Below, piece after piece: positions 26,439 to 37,427 of a stretch of 64,000 nt of DNA. The notes under the pieces were generated by a model. It was not told where the DNA came from and did no database searches. It saw nothing but the letters and a program-made list of their open reading frames with translations. Within the stretch, counting starts at the first letter, position 1. Every line of letters begins with the position of its first letter. Source of the DNA: an uncultured Erysipelotrichaceae bacterium (GTDB lineage Bacteria; Bacillota_I; Bacilli_A; RFN20; CAG-826); NCBI GenBank assembly GCA_902785645.1, contig CACZZG010000001.1, positions 17,224-81,223 of the forward strand, in the 5' to 3' direction. The position numbers and the translations under genes were made by a program.

Positions 26439-29400
26439 ATGAAGAAAAACGGATTACTTCTATTAAGCGCTACAGGCGCCTTGGTCCTAACTGGTTGTGG
26501 ACTAGTTAGTAAAGGCCTAGAAGAGTTACCCGAGAGAAACAAACGTGTTATCGTCGAAGTTGGTTACGACCTTAAGAGTTTGGATTCCGAAGGTGTTAAA
26601 AATTCACAAAAGTACGTCTATGACAACATCAAAACATATGCGACTAGCAATGTTAGAAAAACTCATAGTTATAGTACATTAGTCAATGCTTTCGTACTCG
26701 AAGTAAATGAAAACGACATTCCTGCGATTAAGAATGTCCCCGGTGTCAAAAGCGTTACAGTTGATACCGTCCACTGGCAACAAGTGTTCAATAAGGACGA
26801 TGGTGCTCAACCTCTTTATATTTCAAGAGAACCAGAACCAATCGAAGAGAACATTTCCGCCACAACAATGAATAAACCAACCGATACTAATGATGGTGAA
26901 GGAACAATCGTTGCTATTTTAGATAACGAATTCCATTTCAGAGCCGCACATGATGGTGAAGAAGAATGGCATCACGAAGTATATGAACCACTCGATAATA
27001 GCGTTGGAGTGAGATACACATTTGACGATATTAAAGCAGTTCCAAATCTTAACGCTAAACGTGTTGAAACCGCTGCAGCTGGTGAAGAAGGTTCCTTATA
27101 TTTCAATAACAAGGTCCCATTCTATTACGATTATGGTGGAGAAAGTATCTATTATGGTAAGACAGGTACTCCAAAACACGACGTCCACTCCGATCTTTCT
27201 TATCACGGTAGTCACGTTTCATCCATTACTGCTGCAAACGCACCTACATATAAAGGTATTGCACCAAAAGCTCAATTAGCATTAATGAAGGTCTTTACAG
27301 ACTTCAATGCTGAAGCTGGTATTGGTGAAACAATCGGTTTAAGCAATTCTACAGGTGCTTATGACTCTGTCATCTTATCCGCACTTGAAGACTGCATTAG
27401 ATTAAAAGTTGATGGCATCAACATGTCATTAGGTAGTGACTTAGATGACTTTGATAGCGATTCCATCACATTAAAGACATTAACTAAATTACACGAAGAA
27501 GGTATCTTAAGCGCCATCTCCGCTGGTAACTCTGGTAAATCATCATTCTCTTTCGCCGGTGCCTATGGTAACTGGGGAACAGAAATGGTGGAAACAGGCA
27601 TTATGTCTAGCTACGCCAATAACGCAGCGAGCACGACAGTTGCTTCTGCTCAACCAACCAAGACCTATTTCGAAAATGGTTTTGACTTAGATGCTAACAC
27701 TAAAGTCGCATTTGAAGATCAAATCGTTAACCGTGCGGGTAGTGATGAATATTCTAGAGAATACAAATTCAAAGATTTATTTGATGTCTCTCCAACCCTT
27801 GAATGGGTTTACGTCCCAGGATTTGGTACCACCGCAGACTACGAACATGTCGATGTTATCGACAAGATCGCTATCGTTAATCGTGGTAGTACATCATTCG
27901 CAGACAAATATGCCACCGCTAGAACTCAAGGTGCTATCGGTATGGTTATTATCAATAACGACCCAACTGCCGGTGACTTCAACTTCCGTTGTAGTTTCGG
28001 TGATGGTTTCAACCCAACCATGCCATGTGCTCTTGTTCTCTATCGTGACAAGAATACATTTGAATCCAGACGTTCTGGTTCCTTCTCATTTATTTATAAA
28101 GAACCAAGTGATAACGTCAATGCCTTCACAATGTCATCATTCTCCACTGATGGTGCAACATTCGATTTAGATTTAAAACCAGAAATCGCTGCTCCTGGTG
28201 ATAGCATTAAAGGTGCTGTTCCAGAACATGCTTTAACTGATAAAGATGAAAGAATTCTTTATAAGAACAAGGCTTATCAATACTTAAGTGGTACATCAAT
28301 GTCCGCTCCTAACTATGCAGGCGCACAATCCGTCGTCTTAAGTAAGAAGACTGGTCCTATCTACCATGCGTTAACTCCAGGTAGCAAACCAACCACCTTA
28401 CAACAAACAGAAATCAATAATTTCCGTAAGACTGTGGATATGAGATTAATGTCTACCGCTAACCCAATGACCGATGCCGTAGAAAATCCAGAAACTAACA
28501 TTAAGTCATTAACATCTGTGAGATTACAAGGTGCTGGTATGGTCGATTTAGCCGGTGCATTAAATACAGACGTCTATCTCGAAGGTTATGCCGCTGATGG
28601 CACAACTGGATTAGGTAAAGCCAAGATTGCTTTAAGAAATAATCCAGACATCGCCAAAGGCGATATTAAGCTTTCCTTCTTAGCACACAATGAAAGTAGT
28701 GAAACTAGAAACTACTCCGCAACATTAAGTGTTTATAGACCAGCTATTGCTCATCCAAATGATATCGTCACAAAAGACTATAACTACATGGGCGAAATCG
28801 AATCCATCGAATCATTACCAGGTAGCTTATACTTTGATACCAGCTTAATGAGAATGGAAACCGCAACTGGTTCTTATGCTTATAAAGATGCTTATAAAGT
28901 TTCTAGAGATATTAAATATTTTGCTTCTCAAGCCGCATATGAATTATATGAATCCTTAAAGGATACCGATCCTGAAGAAGCAGAAAAGGCATATACAGTC
29001 ATTCCACAAGGCTTCTACTATAACGCTGCAAATGAAGGTGTTAGTTGGGAAGACTTACCATCTTATTCAGCTCAATCTGTCCAAGATGTTTTAATTGACT
29101 CCGTCAGCTTAGGTAACGTTAGCGTTGCTGCTGGTGATCACAAAGTGACATTAGAATCTTATTCATTATCTGAAGAAGCCAAAAAAGAAATCTTAGAGAC
29201 ATATGAATATGGCTGTATGATCGAAGGTTATGTCACATTAACCAGCCAAGATGGTCACACTGACTTATCCATTCCTTATTTAGGTTACTATAGTGGTGCT
29301 GATGTCGATCCAGACGCAACATATAGCAGCGCTCCAGTAGTTGAACCAATGAACTTTGAAAAAGACATTACCAAAGTTTATCCATCTGACTTAGTTAATG

Positions 29401-30539
29401 ACGTCACTAAAGCCTTAGTCGGTAAAGACAAAGTTAACTTTGAATCTATGATGGTTACAGGTTATGTTGATCAACCTTCTAAGTTAGATACTGATAAGGT
29501 TCTCTCCAATGACCAATCATTCGACAAGATGGTGGGATTCTATAAATTAGGTACTCACCCAGTGAGTAATGAATATATGGAAAATCCAAGTGAAAACCTC
29601 TACTTAGGTTCTCCAGACACCACAAATACATTAATCATTCAACAATTCGTTTTAAGAAGTGTGGCGGATAACTACTTCACAATTACTAATAAAGCAACTG
29701 GTGAAGTTGTCTATAAATCCACACTCGAAGATATGCTCTTCGGTGACACCGCAGGCAAATGGGCATTATACAAATCACACGTTGATGCTGGTTACCTCAG
29801 TGCTGGCTATGTTGCACATAGAGCATACGCTATCGTCCCAATGTACGATCAAGTCACAGGCGAAAAGTTCGCCAGTGGTGAATATGAAATCAAATTCAAT
29901 TACCAACTTGCTGCAACAAAAGAATGGGTCGATAAAGCATACACACTTCACATCGATAGCGATACACCAGAAATTGGTAACATCACTCAATACAAAGATA
30001 ACTCAGGTGTTGAGCGCGTGCGCTTTGATGTTAAAGAAGAAAGAGTCGCATACGGCGTTATCGGCTTAAACAGAGTCGAAGCTAAATACGACGAAGAAAA
30101 GAAGACATACTACTTCGATGAAACCAAAGAGTTCGTTGATAACTGTGTTAACGAAATCTCCTCAACAGGTGGCAAACGTTTATTCGTTCGTGCGATAGAC
30201 TTTGCAAGAGGTAGTGTCGGTGCAATCATTCACTTCAATGATTACTCTAACTTTGAAAAAGGTTACATTAAGGTCCAAAACTCCAAATTAAATGTTGGTT
30301 ACGACTTCAAGATTGAAAACGGTAAAGTTGTTATCGTAGATAACTTAGGTAATGTCGTCAACATTAACGAAAGTCTTATCGTTGATGAAGTTAAAGGATC
30401 AGATACTCCAGATACACCAACAAAGAGTGGTTTACCTGGATGGGCAATCGCCCTTATCGTTGTCGGCGGAGTTGTTCTCTTAGCAGGCATCGGACTTGGT
30501 ACATTCTTCATTATTAAGAAGAAAAAGGAGGCCAAATAA
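26439..30539 (+). CDS. Cell-envelope subtilisin-family (S8) serine protease with I9 propeptide and PA insert; N-terminal lipobox and C-terminal TM anchor
   Basis: RBS AGGAGG precedes the ATG at 26439, so the ORF-track start at 26307 is rejected. Lipobox 'LTGC'. Catalytic triad 'VAILDNEF', 'YHGSHVSS' and 'SGTSMSAPNYAG', with oxyanion 'SAGNSG'. PA block 'IAIVNRGSTSFADKYATARTQGAIGMVIINND'. C-terminal 'WAIALIVVGGVVLLAGIGLGTFFIIKKKKEAK'. Confidence 0.9.
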   Translation: MKKNGLLLLSATGALVLTGCGLVSKGLEELPERNKRVIVEVGYDLKSLDSEGVKNSQKYVYDNIKTYATSNVRKTHSYSTLVNAFVLEVNENDIPAIKNVPGVKSVTVDTVHWQQVFNKDDGAQPLYISREPEPIEENISATTMNKPTDTNDGEGTIVAILDNEFHFRAAHDGEEEWHHEVYEPLDNSVGVRYTFDDIKAVPNLNAKRVETAAAGEEGSLYFNNKVPFYYDYGGESIYYGKTGTPKHDVHSDLSYHGSHVSSITAANAPTYKGIAPKAQLALMKVFTDFNAEAGIGETIGLSNSTGAYDSVILSALEDCIRLKVDGINMSLGSDLDDFDSDSITLKTLTKLHEEGILSAISAGNSGKSSFSFAGAYGNWGTEMVETGIMSSYANNAASTTVASAQPTKTYFENGFDLDANTKVAFEDQIVNRAGSDEYSREYKFKDLFDVSPTLEWVYVPGFGTTADYEHVDVIDKIAIVNRGSTSFADKYATARTQGAIGMVIINNDPTAGDFNFRCSFGDGFNPTMPCALVLYRDKNTFESRRSGSFSFIYKEPSDNVNAFTMSSFSTDGATFDLDLKPEIAAPGDSIKGAVPEHALTDKDERILYKNKAYQYLSGTSMSAPNYAGAQSVVLSKKTGPIYHALTPGSKPTTLQQTEINNFRKTVDMRLMSTANPMTDAVENPETNIKSLTSVRLQGAGMVDLAGALNTDVYLEGYAADGTTGLGKAKIALRNNPDIAKGDIKLSFLAHNESSETRNYSATLSVYRPAIAHPNDIVTKDYNYMGEIESIESLPGSLYFDTSLMRMETATGSYAYKDAYKVSRDIKYFASQAAYELYESLKDTDPEEAEKAYTVIPQGFYYNAANEGVSWEDLPSYSAQSVQDVLIDSVSLGNVSVAAGDHKVTLESYSLSEEAKKEILETYEYGCMIEGYVTLTSQDGHTDLSIPYLGYYSGADVDPDATYSSAPVVEPMNFEKDITKVYPSDLVNDVTKALVGKDKVNFESMMVTGYVDQPSKLDTDKVLSNDQSFDKMVGFYKLGTHPVSNEYMENPSENLYLGSPDTTNTLIIQQFVLRSVADNYFTITNKATGEVVYKSTLEDMLFGDTAGKWALYKSHVDAGYLSAGYVAHRAYAIVPMYDQVTGEKFASGEYEIKFNYQLAATKEWVDKAYTLHIDSDTPEIGNITQYKDNSGVERVRFDVKEERVAYGVIGLNRVEAKYDEEKKTYYFDETKEFVDNCVNEISSTGGKRLFVRAIDFARGSVGAIIHFNDYSNFEKGYIKVQNSKLNVGYDFKIENGKVVIVDNLGNVVNINESLIVDEVKGSDTPDTPTKSGLPGWAIALIVVGGVVLLAGIGLGTFFIIKKKKEAK

Positions 30540-30541
30540 TT

Positions 30542-33499
30542 ATGAAAAATAAGTTTATTTTAGGAATCGCTGCTGTCGGTTTATTCACATTCGGCAGCAT
30601 GGTTGGTTGTAAACCAAGAGGAAATAAATCCTCAGAAGTAGAATTCTCCTTCTCCATCGCTTTAGAAAGTGGATACAAACGTTTACGTACTGGTTCATCC
30701 AGCCGTATCGTTGTCTACGCTGATGGTGATAACGAAGGAAAAACCTATAGCTTTGAAAGTACAGATCCAGCCGTCTTAGACGTCACTGGTGATGTCGCAA
30801 CTGGTAAAGCTGATGGTGTCGCCACAATTATTGGTACAGAATCCACAACCGGTACAACATCCGCTTTAACAATCACAGTTAGCTCATCTGTCGAAGCTAG
30901 TGGTGGTTTCAACTACGCCTCATTAACTGGTGCAGAAGCCTTAAAGACACGTGAAGAAGTCTTAGGTCACTTAGAAAAATATGCTATGGATAACCATTTA
31001 ACAGGTATCACCCTTTTCGAAAATGGTGGTTATGTTAAATACAATGAACGTGTTCACTTGCCAACAAGTGAATATATCACTGGTTATGGTTTCGGTATCT
31101 TAAGCGAAGGTTCATTATCTTCTCCATTAGCGAGTGATAGTACCTATCCTTGGTATTTACATAGCGCAACCAGTTCTGACCCATTAACCATTAATGAAAA
31201 GAATAATACTGGTAGCCAAGTCTCTGACTTAGCCGGTTATATTACTTCCTCATTCTGGGGTACAAAACTCAATAGCACAAAAGATGGATATGAATGGTAT
31301 CCAGTCTTAGCGAAAGATACAGTCGTCGTCGACGGCCAAGAATTCGCAAATACACGTCCATTCCCTGTGTACGAAGGCAATGTTGTTAAACCAACAGAAG
31401 ATCCAAACCCATTAGGTTTATACGATACATGGAGAATTTACGTTAAAACCGGTGATTCTGATGGTATTGCATACCGTACAGCATCATCTGTCCGTTCAGC
31501 ATATAACAATAGAGGCGTCGCTCTTGAAGACTATGAATTCATCTATCGTTTCTTATTAACCGCTGCTAACGGTCAAGTTCGTGGTACTGAAATGGCGGGC
31601 GATACCACTTATGGTATTAAAGGTGCCTCTCAATTCAACCAAAGAACAAAGGATGTTCCAGATGCCACTGCAAAGACCTTATGGAACAACATGAAAGCCG
31701 ATGGTACATTAGGCTTCTCAACAGGTGTTGATAATGGTCAAGAATACATCCAAATTTCTATCTTAAATCCTATCGATAGATTTACTGCGATGTACACATT
31801 ATCCTCATCCTTAGTTTCTCCTCTTCCAGAACAATTCATTTACGATTTAGGTAATGAAGTCAGTCACGAAGCAGGTAAAGAAATCTCTACAGGTGCTGTT
31901 TTATACGGTAACTTCAACTCTGGTTCTGACATGACCAAATATTGCTTATGCTTAGGCCCATACATGTTAGAAGACTGGGATAAAACACAACAAATCATCT
32001 TCAAAAAGAACACCGATTGGTTTGAAACTGGTCGTTATTTCATCGAAGGTGTTAAATTAGTCGTCATCAAGGCCGCGACAAGTGACCCAGATGCTATCTA
32101 TAAAGAATTTAACGCTGGTAAACTCGATAGCTGTGGTATTCCAACCAAACACATTTCTGAAGAAATGGGTAAACCAGGTGTCAAACAAACTAAAGGTGAT
32201 TCCACATTTAAATTAAATGTTAACTCTTGTACACAAGAGACATGGAATAAGTTATTTGGCCCTAACGGCACAATTAACAAGAACTCCAACTGGGAAGTCA
32301 AACCTTGGATGAGTAATGATAACTTCTTAAGTGGCTTATTCTATTCTATTAATAGAAAAGTGTTCGCTAACAACAGAGGTGTCCAACCTTCCATCAACTA
32401 TTTCTCTGACGCTTATTTAAGCGATCCAGAAAATGGTAAATCCTATAACTCATCAGAAGCTCATAAACAAGCTGTTGCCGATTATCAAACAAAAGATAAA
32501 GATGGTAACGATACATTTGGTTATGACTATGATAAGGCCGTCTTATCCTTTAAAGCTGCTGTTAGAGAATTAGCCGCTCAAGGTAAGATTGAAAAAGGTA
32601 CAAAAGAAAATCCAACCAAGATTCAAATCCACATCAGATGGATGTATCAAACAGACATTAAAGAATATGGTGATGAAATTGGTGGTTACTTCGAAAGTGC
32701 ATTTAACAATGAAGCCGTCAGTGGTGGCACTGTTAAACTCGAAGTCAAACAAGAAGCTGTTACAGTTTGGGATCAAGTCTATAACGAATACTTAATGAAA
32801 GGTCAATTCGACTTAGGCTTCGGTGCTATTTCTGGTAACACATATAACCCATTGAACTTCTTAGAAGTTCTTAAGAGCGATAACTCCTCAGGCTTCACTC
32901 TTAACTGGGGTACTGATACTTCTGAAGTTACAGAAGGCAAACCAGTTGAATACGATCACAAATTATGGTCCTTCGACGCCCTTTGGGAAGCCGCTGACCA
33001 TGGTTCAGTCGTCGAAAATGGTAAGAGAGTTAAATCCGTCAAAGAATGTTATGTTGCTGGATTACCACTCAACCCAAGCACTGGCAAAGCCACAAATAAC
33101 TTATATGAAGGATTCAAAGTTAATATTCCTGTCGAATTTATCAATGTTCCAGGCGTGGATTTAGAAGTAGCTAAAGTCCAACTCTACATCGTCGGTAGTA
33201 GAAACATTAACTTAACATTCACAAAGAATGGTAACGTCTATACTGCGACAGTTGATGCCACTTTAGCAGAAGAAATCAACGAAGAAATTAGAGTCGTTAA
33301 TAAATTAACAGACACTGATCCAAAACCTGTTGAACACCCATTCTTATTCCAAAACTACGGTGTGTACTTCACATTCGAAGTTTATTACAACTTATCCATC
33401 AATGGTGGCACTCCATCACAATCCTATGTGACAGTCGCCAAGAACAGAGACGCTCAAACAGCGAGTTTAAAGGGTTTTAGCCTCTTAGGAGGAAAATAA
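30542..33499 (+). CDS. oppA: Oversized oligopeptide-binding lipoprotein (family 5 SBP, OppA-like) with an N-terminal Ig-like module
   Basis: RBS AGGAGG and lipobox 'MVGC'. The N-terminal 'FESTDPAVLDVTGDVATGKADGVATIIGT' is Big_2-like. The remainder is colinear with peptide/nickel SBPs ('IIFKKNTDWFE', 'LNVNSC'). It sits in the opp locus. Confidence 0.7.
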   Translation: MKNKFILGIAAVGLFTFGSMVGCKPRGNKSSEVEFSFSIALESGYKRLRTGSSSRIVVYADGDNEGKTYSFESTDPAVLDVTGDVATGKADGVATIIGTESTTGTTSALTITVSSSVEASGGFNYASLTGAEALKTREEVLGHLEKYAMDNHLTGITLFENGGYVKYNERVHLPTSEYITGYGFGILSEGSLSSPLASDSTYPWYLHSATSSDPLTINEKNNTGSQVSDLAGYITSSFWGTKLNSTKDGYEWYPVLAKDTVVVDGQEFANTRPFPVYEGNVVKPTEDPNPLGLYDTWRIYVKTGDSDGIAYRTASSVRSAYNNRGVALEDYEFIYRFLLTAANGQVRGTEMAGDTTYGIKGASQFNQRTKDVPDATAKTLWNNMKADGTLGFSTGVDNGQEYIQISILNPIDRFTAMYTLSSSLVSPLPEQFIYDLGNEVSHEAGKEISTGAVLYGNFNSGSDMTKYCLCLGPYMLEDWDKTQQIIFKKNTDWFETGRYFIEGVKLVVIKAATSDPDAIYKEFNAGKLDSCGIPTKHISEEMGKPGVKQTKGDSTFKLNVNSCTQETWNKLFGPNGTINKNSNWEVKPWMSNDNFLSGLFYSINRKVFANNRGVQPSINYFSDAYLSDPENGKSYNSSEAHKQAVADYQTKDKDGNDTFGYDYDKAVLSFKAAVRELAAQGKIEKGTKENPTKIQIHIRWMYQTDIKEYGDEIGGYFESAFNNEAVSGGTVKLEVKQEAVTVWDQVYNEYLMKGQFDLGFGAISGNTYNPLNFLEVLKSDNSSGFTLNWGTDTSEVTEGKPVEYDHKLWSFDALWEAADHGSVVENGKRVKSVKECYVAGLPLNPSTGKATNNLYEGFKVNIPVEFINVPGVDLEVAKVQLYIVGSRNINLTFTKNGNVYTATVDATLAEEINEEIRVVNKLTDTDPKPVEHPFLFQNYGVYFTFEVYYNLSINGGTPSQSYVTVAKNRDAQTASLKGFSLLGGK

Positions 33500-33500
33500 T

Positions 33501-34769
33501 ATGAAGAGTAAGTTATTCCTCTCCTCAACTATCCTTTTAGCCCTTGTTTTAGTCGGTTGTAATTCTAAAAAGCCAACCAGTTCCGGAACTAGTGAATCTC
33601 CAATCATTTCTTCTAGTGAAGTTGGACCAGTGGTCCCAGATCCAGAAGTTATTCCAGATTCCTTCGAAGAAGAAATTAGAACTGATGTCGATACTTTAGC
33701 GTTATTTGCTAAAGACACACAACAAATCGTCGCCTATCCAGATTTTAGAACACCAATGAACAATTTAAAGTTCATCTCTAAAAATCCTGCGGTTGCGACA
33801 GTTGATGAAAATGGTTTAGTTACCGCGATTGCGGATGGTGAAACTGAAATTATGGTTAGAGACTTAAATAGAGCCTCTGCTGGTAAGTTCGTCAAAGTTC
33901 AAGTTGTTACCAAATTAACAACCGCTAAAGCGACAACCTTGTACAACACCATTAGACCATACGCTACAAGCGAAAACATGGATAACTTTGAAGACCATGA
34001 AATGTATGAAAAAACCGTCTATAAGAACGACGAGTTATTAACATATGATTTATCGGATCAAACATTAGTCTATTCTCAAGAACACGCTTATTTCCGTGTT
34101 TATGAAACCGACACTGAAAGACGTCTTAATGGTGGTTCCGATTCATTCGCAGACTCAGACTGGATTTTCTACACAAACGAATATTTCGATACATACACAT
34201 TCCATAGTCAAGGTATTGCAAATAACTACTATGTTGCTGCAACACAAGCCTATATTGGCGAAGATCAAACCGAACCAATGCTCGAAATCTTAGACAACAT
34301 CTTTGTCTCTGGTAGAAAGATTTTCACTCAAGCTTTTAATGGTATAGATGAAGAAACTGGTAGAACTACTTATGGTATGTTTACTCTTAATAACGTTTTG
34401 GATTATGCAACACAAAGCTATTCTAACATCAAGAATAAGAAAACCGGTTCTTTAGGCGATGGTCACGCGATCTTCTCTTGTAGAATTAACTATAGTGATT
34501 CTACCGCGGACACAGACGATGAATCTAGATATGGTATCCCATATGGTACAGTCATGCACGCTTATGCTGATACAAAATATATCATCAAAGATTTCCAAGT
34601 CGTGGCTGAACAAAACGTTATCGTTCAAACATATGAATTTGGTGGAGATTCCTATAAAGAAGTCATCAATTCTAATCACATCATCACAAGATATGAAGAT
34701 CCAGAAAACGATCTTTACTATCCTGACAAAGAACAATATACATTAGTGGATTACTTGTTCGGTGTCTAA
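33501..34769 (+). CDS. Lipoprotein with a Big_2 domain, function unknown
   Basis: RBS AGGAGG and lipobox 'LVGC'. Big_2 signature 'FISKNPAVATVDENGLVTAIADGETEIMV'. Confidence 0.7.
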   Translation: MKSKLFLSSTILLALVLVGCNSKKPTSSGTSESPIISSSEVGPVVPDPEVIPDSFEEEIRTDVDTLALFAKDTQQIVAYPDFRTPMNNLKFISKNPAVATVDENGLVTAIADGETEIMVRDLNRASAGKFVKVQVVTKLTTAKATTLYNTIRPYATSENMDNFEDHEMYEKTVYKNDELLTYDLSDQTLVYSQEHAYFRVYETDTERRLNGGSDSFADSDWIFYTNEYFDTYTFHSQGIANNYYVAATQAYIGEDQTEPMLEILDNIFVSGRKIFTQAFNGIDEETGRTTYGMFTLNNVLDYATQSYSNIKNKKTGSLGDGHAIFSCRINYSDSTADTDDESRYGIPYGTVMHAYADTKYIIKDFQVVAEQNVIVQTYEFGGDSYKEVINSNHIITRYEDPENDLYYPDKEQYTLVDYLFGV

Positions 34770-34785
34770 TCTTTAGACGAAATTA

Positions 34786-34814
34786 AAGCGCATCTTAAAC
34801 GGTGCGCTTTTTTT
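34786..34814 (+). terminator. Rho-independent terminator
   Basis: Stem AAGCGCATC / TTAAAC / GGTGCGCTT followed by TTTTTTT. Confidence 0.8.
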
Positions 34815-34838
34815 GTTGATTCCATCGAAAAAAAGTCG

Positions 34839-34856
34839 TTTTTGCGGTATTTTTCG
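34839..34856 (+). promoter_or_regulatory. Candidate operator-like motif TTTTTGCGGTATTTTTCG
   Basis: A near-identical motif lies at 37428-37443 upstream of oppB. A related TCGGTATTT lies at 26329-26337 upstream of the protease gene. Confidence 0.2.
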
Positions 34857-34999
34857 TATATTTCCCAACTACGTATTTTCACTTAAAAAATGGCTAGTTA
34901 ATATCAATAAAAACGCAAAAAGATTATTTACAAATATTTATATTTAATGTATCCTAATAGGCAATTACTAAAAATTTCAAAGAAAGAAGGAAGTTAAAC

Positions 35000-37345
35000 A
35001 TGAAAAAATTAGTAAAATGTTTACTCGCTAGTGGATTACTAGTTGGCATGTTAGCTGCATGTTCTCCTCAAAAAGACTGCAGTTGCGATCCAACAAGCGA
35101 TCAACCAGCAAGCTCTGAGGCTCCTAGTTCTAGTTCATCAAGCAGTGAGACACCTGTTCCACCAGAACCACAACCAGAACCAAAGACTGAATGGACAAGA
35201 GCTGAAGAATTAGTTTTCGGTCAATACAAAATCGAAGTATTACCTTTCGCAAGTGAACTTTCAATCGAAGATGCTACAGACGGTGTCGTTCTTGCTGCAA
35301 GCAAGGAAGAAGCCACAACTGATGATGTTGATGCCTATGTTGCACTCTTAGAAGAACAAGTCACAGAAGATGGTGATAATTGCTATGTCGCAATCAATGA
35401 TTATCTCATTGATGGCAACACACAAGATCTTGAATTATTAGGTTTTGATTTAGACGCAAGTGATGTCTATCAATACTTAAGAGAATTCGATCCAACTTTA
35501 GAAACAGATTACCGTTACCAAAACTTAGTTTCTGTTGGTATCAATGAAGATGGTTTACTCCAAGTTGCATCCGCAACAGTTTGTTTACCATTATTCACTG
35601 GTTGGGAAGGTATCGTTGGTGGTGGTATGGAAGCATATCCTCTTCTTTTTGAATCATCTTCAGGTAGAGAAGTTGACTTCATGGCCACACAATATTCCAT
35701 GGTTTTCAGTGCTATGTTAGCAGAATCTATGGAAATTGCCGCAAATGCAATGCCATTTGCTCCAGAAATTGTTCACCCAGAAATCGTTAAAGAACAAACA
35801 TATGGTGTTAGCTATAACCCAGCGTTACAAGCTCCATATTTCTTATCCAACATTTATTCATCTTATTATGATCAATCCGAATTTATCATTTGGTTCCTTA
35901 ATACAGATGGTGAAGCTCCAGTTAGCTATACTCAAGAACAACTCGATGCTTTAATTGAAACTGTTAAAGCTAGTGAATATGTTGTCTCATTTGATGATGA
36001 GAAAAATCTCGCTACATATGATTACAACGGTTTAAACGTTGAAGTTGGTTATGCCTTATCAGACTTTGATGAAGCAGGCACAATCAAATGCATCAAATTA
36101 GACTATGCTGTTAAAGGTTATGAAATGCCTGGCACATGTGAAGGTGTTGTCGGTATGGCCGGTACACTCATGGGTGCTGAAGCAAGTGATTTTGAATACT
36201 GGACCCCATCTGGTTCCACAATGCAATATTATGTCGCTGACATATATGCTAGGGGTGTCACAGTTGAACAAGCCACTCAAACAGCTATTGAAGCATTTGC
36301 TCAATTAGGCGTTACAGATGTCGAATTTGAATATGATGACGAATCTGGTTTATACGTTGCTGAAGTTGAATTAATTACTTCTGATGACCAAACCGCTATC
36401 GAAATTAAAGTTTTATTGGTTGACTATACTTCAGACTATGGTGTTGTAGTTATTGAATTACAAGGCTATGAAATTTCTGCCGCTGAATATGCTCAATATT
36501 TGTTCAACAAATATATGTTTGGTGGAGAAAAATCATATGGTTCGAATTTCAGAAGCTTCTTTGGTTCATCTCTATTTAAACAATATGTCATGCCTTATCT
36601 CAATTTAGCAATTGAACTCTTTAATAGTGAAAACGTTACATTTACAACCGCAGAAGAAACTGTTAACGCATTTATCACTTTAATGGATGAACAATTTGGT
36701 AGCTCCATTCTCCAATACTCTAACGCGGATTTAGAAGATGCTGCTGCTTTAGTTCAAGCAGATTACGAAACAGCTGATTGGAATAAACTTCAAGCTGCTG
36801 TTACCGGTTTACAAGGTGCTATTGAAGCCGCCGAAGAAAGTAAAACTTACATGGATGTGCTTTATAACGCAGTTGTTTTAGAAAACATCCTTGCCAATCT
36901 CCAAACATGGAGAGATAAATATCAAGCACAATTAGATGCTGCTTATAAAGCCGCATTTGGTTGGGATGAAGCCACTCAATCATATAAATATGATGATGAT
37001 GACTTTGATGCTACTGCATTAGCTGATGCAAAGGCCGCTGTTCAAGAATTTACAGATGTCGTCAATACCGAAGGTGCAACCGCTACTGAAGGTAAAGCTA
37101 AACTCAATGAAGCTATTGCAAAATTACAAGCTTTAACACCAGATAAAGCAACATTAACTGCTAGATTAACTGCTGCTTATGGCGAATATGTTGAAACTGA
37201 TTATTCTCCAGAAAACTGGGAAACATTAACAGGCATTTACAATACTGCTCTTGAATTAATCGGTAAAGAAGAAACATCATTTGATGATGCTAAAGCCGCT
37301 TATAAACAAGCTTTATTAGATATGGCCGCCGTTGAAAAATTATAG
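35000..37345 (+). CDS. Acidic lipoprotein with C-terminal helical FIVAR-like repeats
   Basis: RBS GAAGGAAG and lipobox 'LAAC'. A Ser/Pro/Glu-rich linker follows. The C-terminus has repeated helical units ('LQAAVTGLQGAIEAAEE', 'GKAKLNEAIAKLQAL', 'AKAAYKQALLDMAAV'). Confidence 0.65.
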   Translation: MKKLVKCLLASGLLVGMLAACSPQKDCSCDPTSDQPASSEAPSSSSSSSETPVPPEPQPEPKTEWTRAEELVFGQYKIEVLPFASELSIEDATDGVVLAASKEEATTDDVDAYVALLEEQVTEDGDNCYVAINDYLIDGNTQDLELLGFDLDASDVYQYLREFDPTLETDYRYQNLVSVGINEDGLLQVASATVCLPLFTGWEGIVGGGMEAYPLLFESSSGREVDFMATQYSMVFSAMLAESMEIAANAMPFAPEIVHPEIVKEQTYGVSYNPALQAPYFLSNIYSSYYDQSEFIIWFLNTDGEAPVSYTQEQLDALIETVKASEYVVSFDDEKNLATYDYNGLNVEVGYALSDFDEAGTIKCIKLDYAVKGYEMPGTCEGVVGMAGTLMGAEASDFEYWTPSGSTMQYYVADIYARGVTVEQATQTAIEAFAQLGVTDVEFEYDDESGLYVAEVELITSDDQTAIEIKVLLVDYTSDYGVVVIELQGYEISAAEYAQYLFNKYMFGGEKSYGSNFRSFFGSSLFKQYVMPYLNLAIELFNSENVTFTTAEETVNAFITLMDEQFGSSILQYSNADLEDAAALVQADYETADWNKLQAAVTGLQGAIEAAEESKTYMDVLYNAVVLENILANLQTWRDKYQAQLDAAYKAAFGWDEATQSYKYDDDDFDATALADAKAAVQEFTDVVNTEGATATEGKAKLNEAIAKLQALTPDKATLTARLTAAYGEYVETDYSPENWETLTGIYNTALELIGKEETSFDDAKAAYKQALLDMAAVEKL

Positions 37346-37370
37346 ACGATAATTAATCTTTAAATAACTT

Positions 37371-37402
37371 AACCAGGTACAATTTGTGCCTGGTTTTGTT
37401 TT
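37371..37402 (+). terminator. Rho-independent terminator
   Basis: Stem AACCAGGTAC / AATTT / GTGCCTGGTT followed by TTGTTTT. Confidence 0.8.
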
Positions 37403-37427
37403 ATCTAAAAATAGTGGAATATTTAAC

